From the NCBI RefSeq assembly GCF_000185985.2, contig NC_014909.2, positions 150,001 to 182,000 of the forward strand: 32,000 nt of DNA. Direction: 5' to 3'. Within the stretch, counting starts at the first letter, position 1, and every line of letters starts with the position of its first letter. The notes below the pieces were generated by a model. That model did no database searches, was not told the DNA's origin, and worked only from the letters and a program-made list of their open reading frames with translations. Shown here piece after piece: positions 30,056 through 32,000 of the stretch. The translations under genes were made by a program, and so were the position numbers. Source of the stretch: Candidatus Saccharimonadota bacterium. Its GTDB lineage: Bacteria; Pseudomonadota; Gammaproteobacteria; Enterobacterales; Enterobacteriaceae.

Positions 30056-30645
30056 ATATTATGAGTGGTTAATACATATATTCTAAAAATTAGTATGAAT
30101 TTATTGTTTAGTAAAATTATAATATAGTTTGTTTTGAAGAACTTTAGTTGCTTTCATAGATAGGATTGTGTTTTAAAGTATTGACTAATAATATTTTGTA
30201 TATTTGTATGTTTTATTTTTTTAGGAATTCAATTAATGTTGAATAATAAGATAATATAAAAAATTAAAGTACATATTATAAATGATTTATTAGTGAAATT
30301 TTATAATTAAAAAATATAAATTATAATTTGAATCTACTATATTCTAGGTTTTAGATAGAATGAGTAGTTTTATTAGGTGTTATTTAGAATATACTGTATA
30401 TCTAATGTTATAGATTTGTATTATGTTTTTTTATAAAATATAGTATATCAATACCCTATGTTTGTATGTTGTTATAAATAAAGATTATTTAAATTTTGTA
30501 ATAATTTTTTATTTTTAATAGTATTATTAAAGATTGTTATTATAGTCTATTTAATAAATTAAATTATTGATGAACATACATTATATATATATGAATATTC
30601 AGAATGTTGAAATATCGTTACTGTATGCATATTAGTGAGGAATAT

Positions 30646-31107
30646 ATGTTAAAAAAATCATCAAAAAAAAAATGTTCTTCTTTAAATGTTTTAATAATTG
30701 CTGGAGTCAAACCATATATACGAAAATTGGACGAAGAATATATGAGTGTAAACCAATTATTACATTTTAAATCTATTTTAAAAGCATGGAAAAATCAATT
30801 AACAACAGATATACAATGTTCTATATTACGAATGAAAGACGAAGTTTCTATAAATTTTCCAGATCCAGTAGATAGAGCTGTACAAGAAGAAGAATTTAAT
30901 ATTGAATTACGGAATCGAGATAGAGAACGTAAACTTATAGAAAAAATTGAGAAAACTTTAAAAAAAATAGAGATAAAAGAATTTGGATTTTGTATATTAT
31001 GTGATATAGAAATTGGAATTCGAAGATTAGAAGCAAATCCAATAGCAGATTTATGTATTGATTGCAAGACATTAGAAGAACTTAAAGAAAAGCAAATGAT
31101 AGGTTAG
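30646..31107 (+). CDS. dksA: RNA polymerase-binding transcription factor DksA
   Basis: The track ORF starts at 30604. Homology to E. coli DksA (..KTSSLSILAIAGVEPY) begins at the ATG at 30646 ([24 protein letters not shown]), which is preceded by GAGGA at about 30634-30638. The coiled-coil tip motif [13 protein letters not shown] and the four zinc-finger Cys (CILC ... CIDC) are conserved. Confidence 0.94.
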   Translation: MLKKSSKKKCSSLNVLIIAGVKPYIRKLDEEYMSVNQLLHFKSILKAWKNQLTTDIQCSILRMKDEVSINFPDPVDRAVQEEEFNIELRNRDRERKLIEKIEKTLKKIEIKEFGFCILCDIEIGIRRLEANPIADLCIDCKTLEELKEKQMIG

Positions 31108-31198
31108 TTTAATTTTGATAGAACATGTAAAAAAAAGAATTTTTTAAATATATGTAATACATATTATATCATTAATAGAGCATTAAGGATAAGATATT

Positions 31199-31696
31199 TT
31201 GGAACGGGTTTGGATAGGAGTAGGAAGTAATTTATTAGATCCTAAAAAACAAGTGGATCGTGCAATATGGGCTCTTGCTAATAAAATTCCAAAAACAAAA
31301 CTTGTGTTTTGCTCTAAGTATTATTGTAGCCTCCCTTTAGGAAGAATTAATCAGCCAAATTTTTTAAATATGGTTGTAGTATTGGATACTGATTTAAATC
31401 CAGAAATATTATTAATTTATATGCAAAAAATAGAAAAAGAGCAAGGGCGTGTACGAAGCACTTGTTTTTGTCATTTTTGGCAACCACGTACTTTAGATTT
31501 AGATATTTTATTATTTGGTAAACATGTAATACGCACTACTGATTTGATTATTCCTCATTATAATATGATAGAACGAGAATTTTTTATATATCCTTTATTT
31601 GAAATAGATCAATGTTTAATTTTTCCAGATGGAATACGTATAATAGATATTATTAAAAAGTTACCTAAAAACGGACTAACTTTTTGGAAAAGTTAA
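31199..31696 (+). CDS. folK: 2-amino-4-hydroxy-6-hydroxymethyldihydropteridine pyrophosphokinase (HPPK)
   Basis: 165 aa. IGVGSNL, NQPNFLNMVVVL, GRVR, PRTLDLDILLFG, IPHYNM and the other listed blocks are colinear with E. coli FolK. Alignment places the start at the TTG at 31199, and there is no in-frame ATG near the N-terminus. AAGGA lies 9 nt upstream. Confidence 0.9.
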   Translation: MERVWIGVGSNLLDPKKQVDRAIWALANKIPKTKLVFCSKYYCSLPLGRINQPNFLNMVVVLDTDLNPEILLIYMQKIEKEQGRVRSTCFCHFWQPRTLDLDILLFGKHVIRTTDLIIPHYNMIEREFFIYPLFEIDQCLIFPDGIRIIDIIKKLPKNGLTFWKS

Positions 31697-31899
31697 TATA
31701 GGGTAGTAGATAAAGATATATATATTATCAAATATAAATTCTTGTTTTTGTAATTTATTTTTGAATTCATAGCATGAATTGGTTATTATATGATCATATA
31801 ATTTAATGACTTGATATATTAAATAAAATTTTAAAAATCTAATTTAAATTTTTACTATTTTTAGTTAAATCGAGATATTAAAGAATTTATATAAGGATG

Positions 31900-31927
31900 A
31901 ATTGGAGTATCCCAATTTTATTTTTTT
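31900..31927 (+). terminator. candidate intrinsic terminator downstream of dksA-folK
   Basis: The hairpin AATTGG-agtatc-CCAATT (31900-31917) is followed directly by TTATTTTTTT (31918-31927). It is the only hairpin in the window followed by a genuine T-run. The stem is short (6 bp, 2 GC pairs) and lies about 200 nt after the folK stop. Confidence 0.3.
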
Positions 31928-32000
31928 ATTTAGCATAAGAGTGAGTATTAATGAAATGAAACAAATTATAGATTATTATTAATGGGGTTAGTTAATAATA

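Noticed and set aside
30056-30645. A possible tRNA, sRNA, mutT pseudogene or small protein gene in the long secA-dksA spacer. The same question applies to 4899-5143 and 31697-32000.
   Set aside because: I found no GTTCRANYC-type T-loop with flanking stems and no acceptor-stem-like pairing. There is no Nudix-box remnant in any frame read by eye, and the longest plus-strand ORFs are about 10-21 codons. I cannot exclude a diverged sRNA without covariance-model searches.
657-31067. The other short ORFs in the track: 657-881, 7419-7670, 9315-9563, 9732-9935, 12634-12822, 13366-13647, 15569-15754, 16452-16733, 17525-17719, 18320-18601, 23075-23257, 23358-23552, 25868-26062, 28087-28389, 28634-28825 and 30795-31067.
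   Set aside because: Each is 60-100 aa and lies wholly or mostly antisense to a well-supported conserved gene. Their translations are low-complexity and have no motifs I recognise. None occupies an intergenic gap, so I treat them as chance or shadow ORFs.
1-32000. A search for a hidden novel system: defence islands, toxin-antitoxin pairs, CRISPR repeats, integrases or transposases, phage remnants, retron or DGR-like repeats, and tandem repeat arrays.
   Set aside because: All substantial ORFs are accounted for by conserved housekeeping genes in ancestral order. The five spacers over 200 bp contain no periodic repeats, no terminal inverted repeats flanking an ORF and no coding potential. The window looks like ordinary core chromosome of a reduced symbiont.

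Overview
This window is strongly AT-biased, gene-dense and strand-clustered. It reads as chromosome from a genome-reduced gammaproteobacterial (Enterobacterales-derived) insect endosymbiont. Gene content, order and composition look Blochmannia-like, but the species cannot be fixed from sequence alone.

I call 25 protein genes. All are housekeeping genes with clear E. coli orthologues recognisable by eye.
- Minus strand: rsmA (5' part), pdxA, surA, lptD, then leuD-leuC-leuB-leuA.
- Plus strand: the dcw envelope/division cluster rsmH-ftsL-ftsI-murE-murF-mraY-murD-ftsW-murG-murC-ftsQ-ftsA-ftsZ-lpxC, followed by secA, dksA and folK.

Gene order is colinear with the rsmA-to-secA segment of the E. 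coli map. Every intervening accessory or regulatory gene has been deleted, and dksA-folK has then been joined on.

I see no tRNA, rRNA, IS element, prophage, CRISPR array, toxin-antitoxin or defence gene. Every other ORF in the supplied track is an antisense shadow of a real gene. I therefore find no evidence for a novel multi-gene system here.

The points worth a second look are reductive-evolution scars and small non-coding structures:
- ddlB is cleanly absent between murC and ftsQ while murF is intact.
- mraZ and secM are lost.
- SecA lacks its zinc-binding C-terminal tail.
- Two perfect AT-rich palindromes share TAACAAT/ATTGTTA half-sites upstream of lptD and leuA.
- A possible relic Leu-codon leader ORF lies upstream of leuA.
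- There is a synteny junction between secA and dksA.
- Many in-frame homopolymers of 9-10 nt lie inside essential genes.
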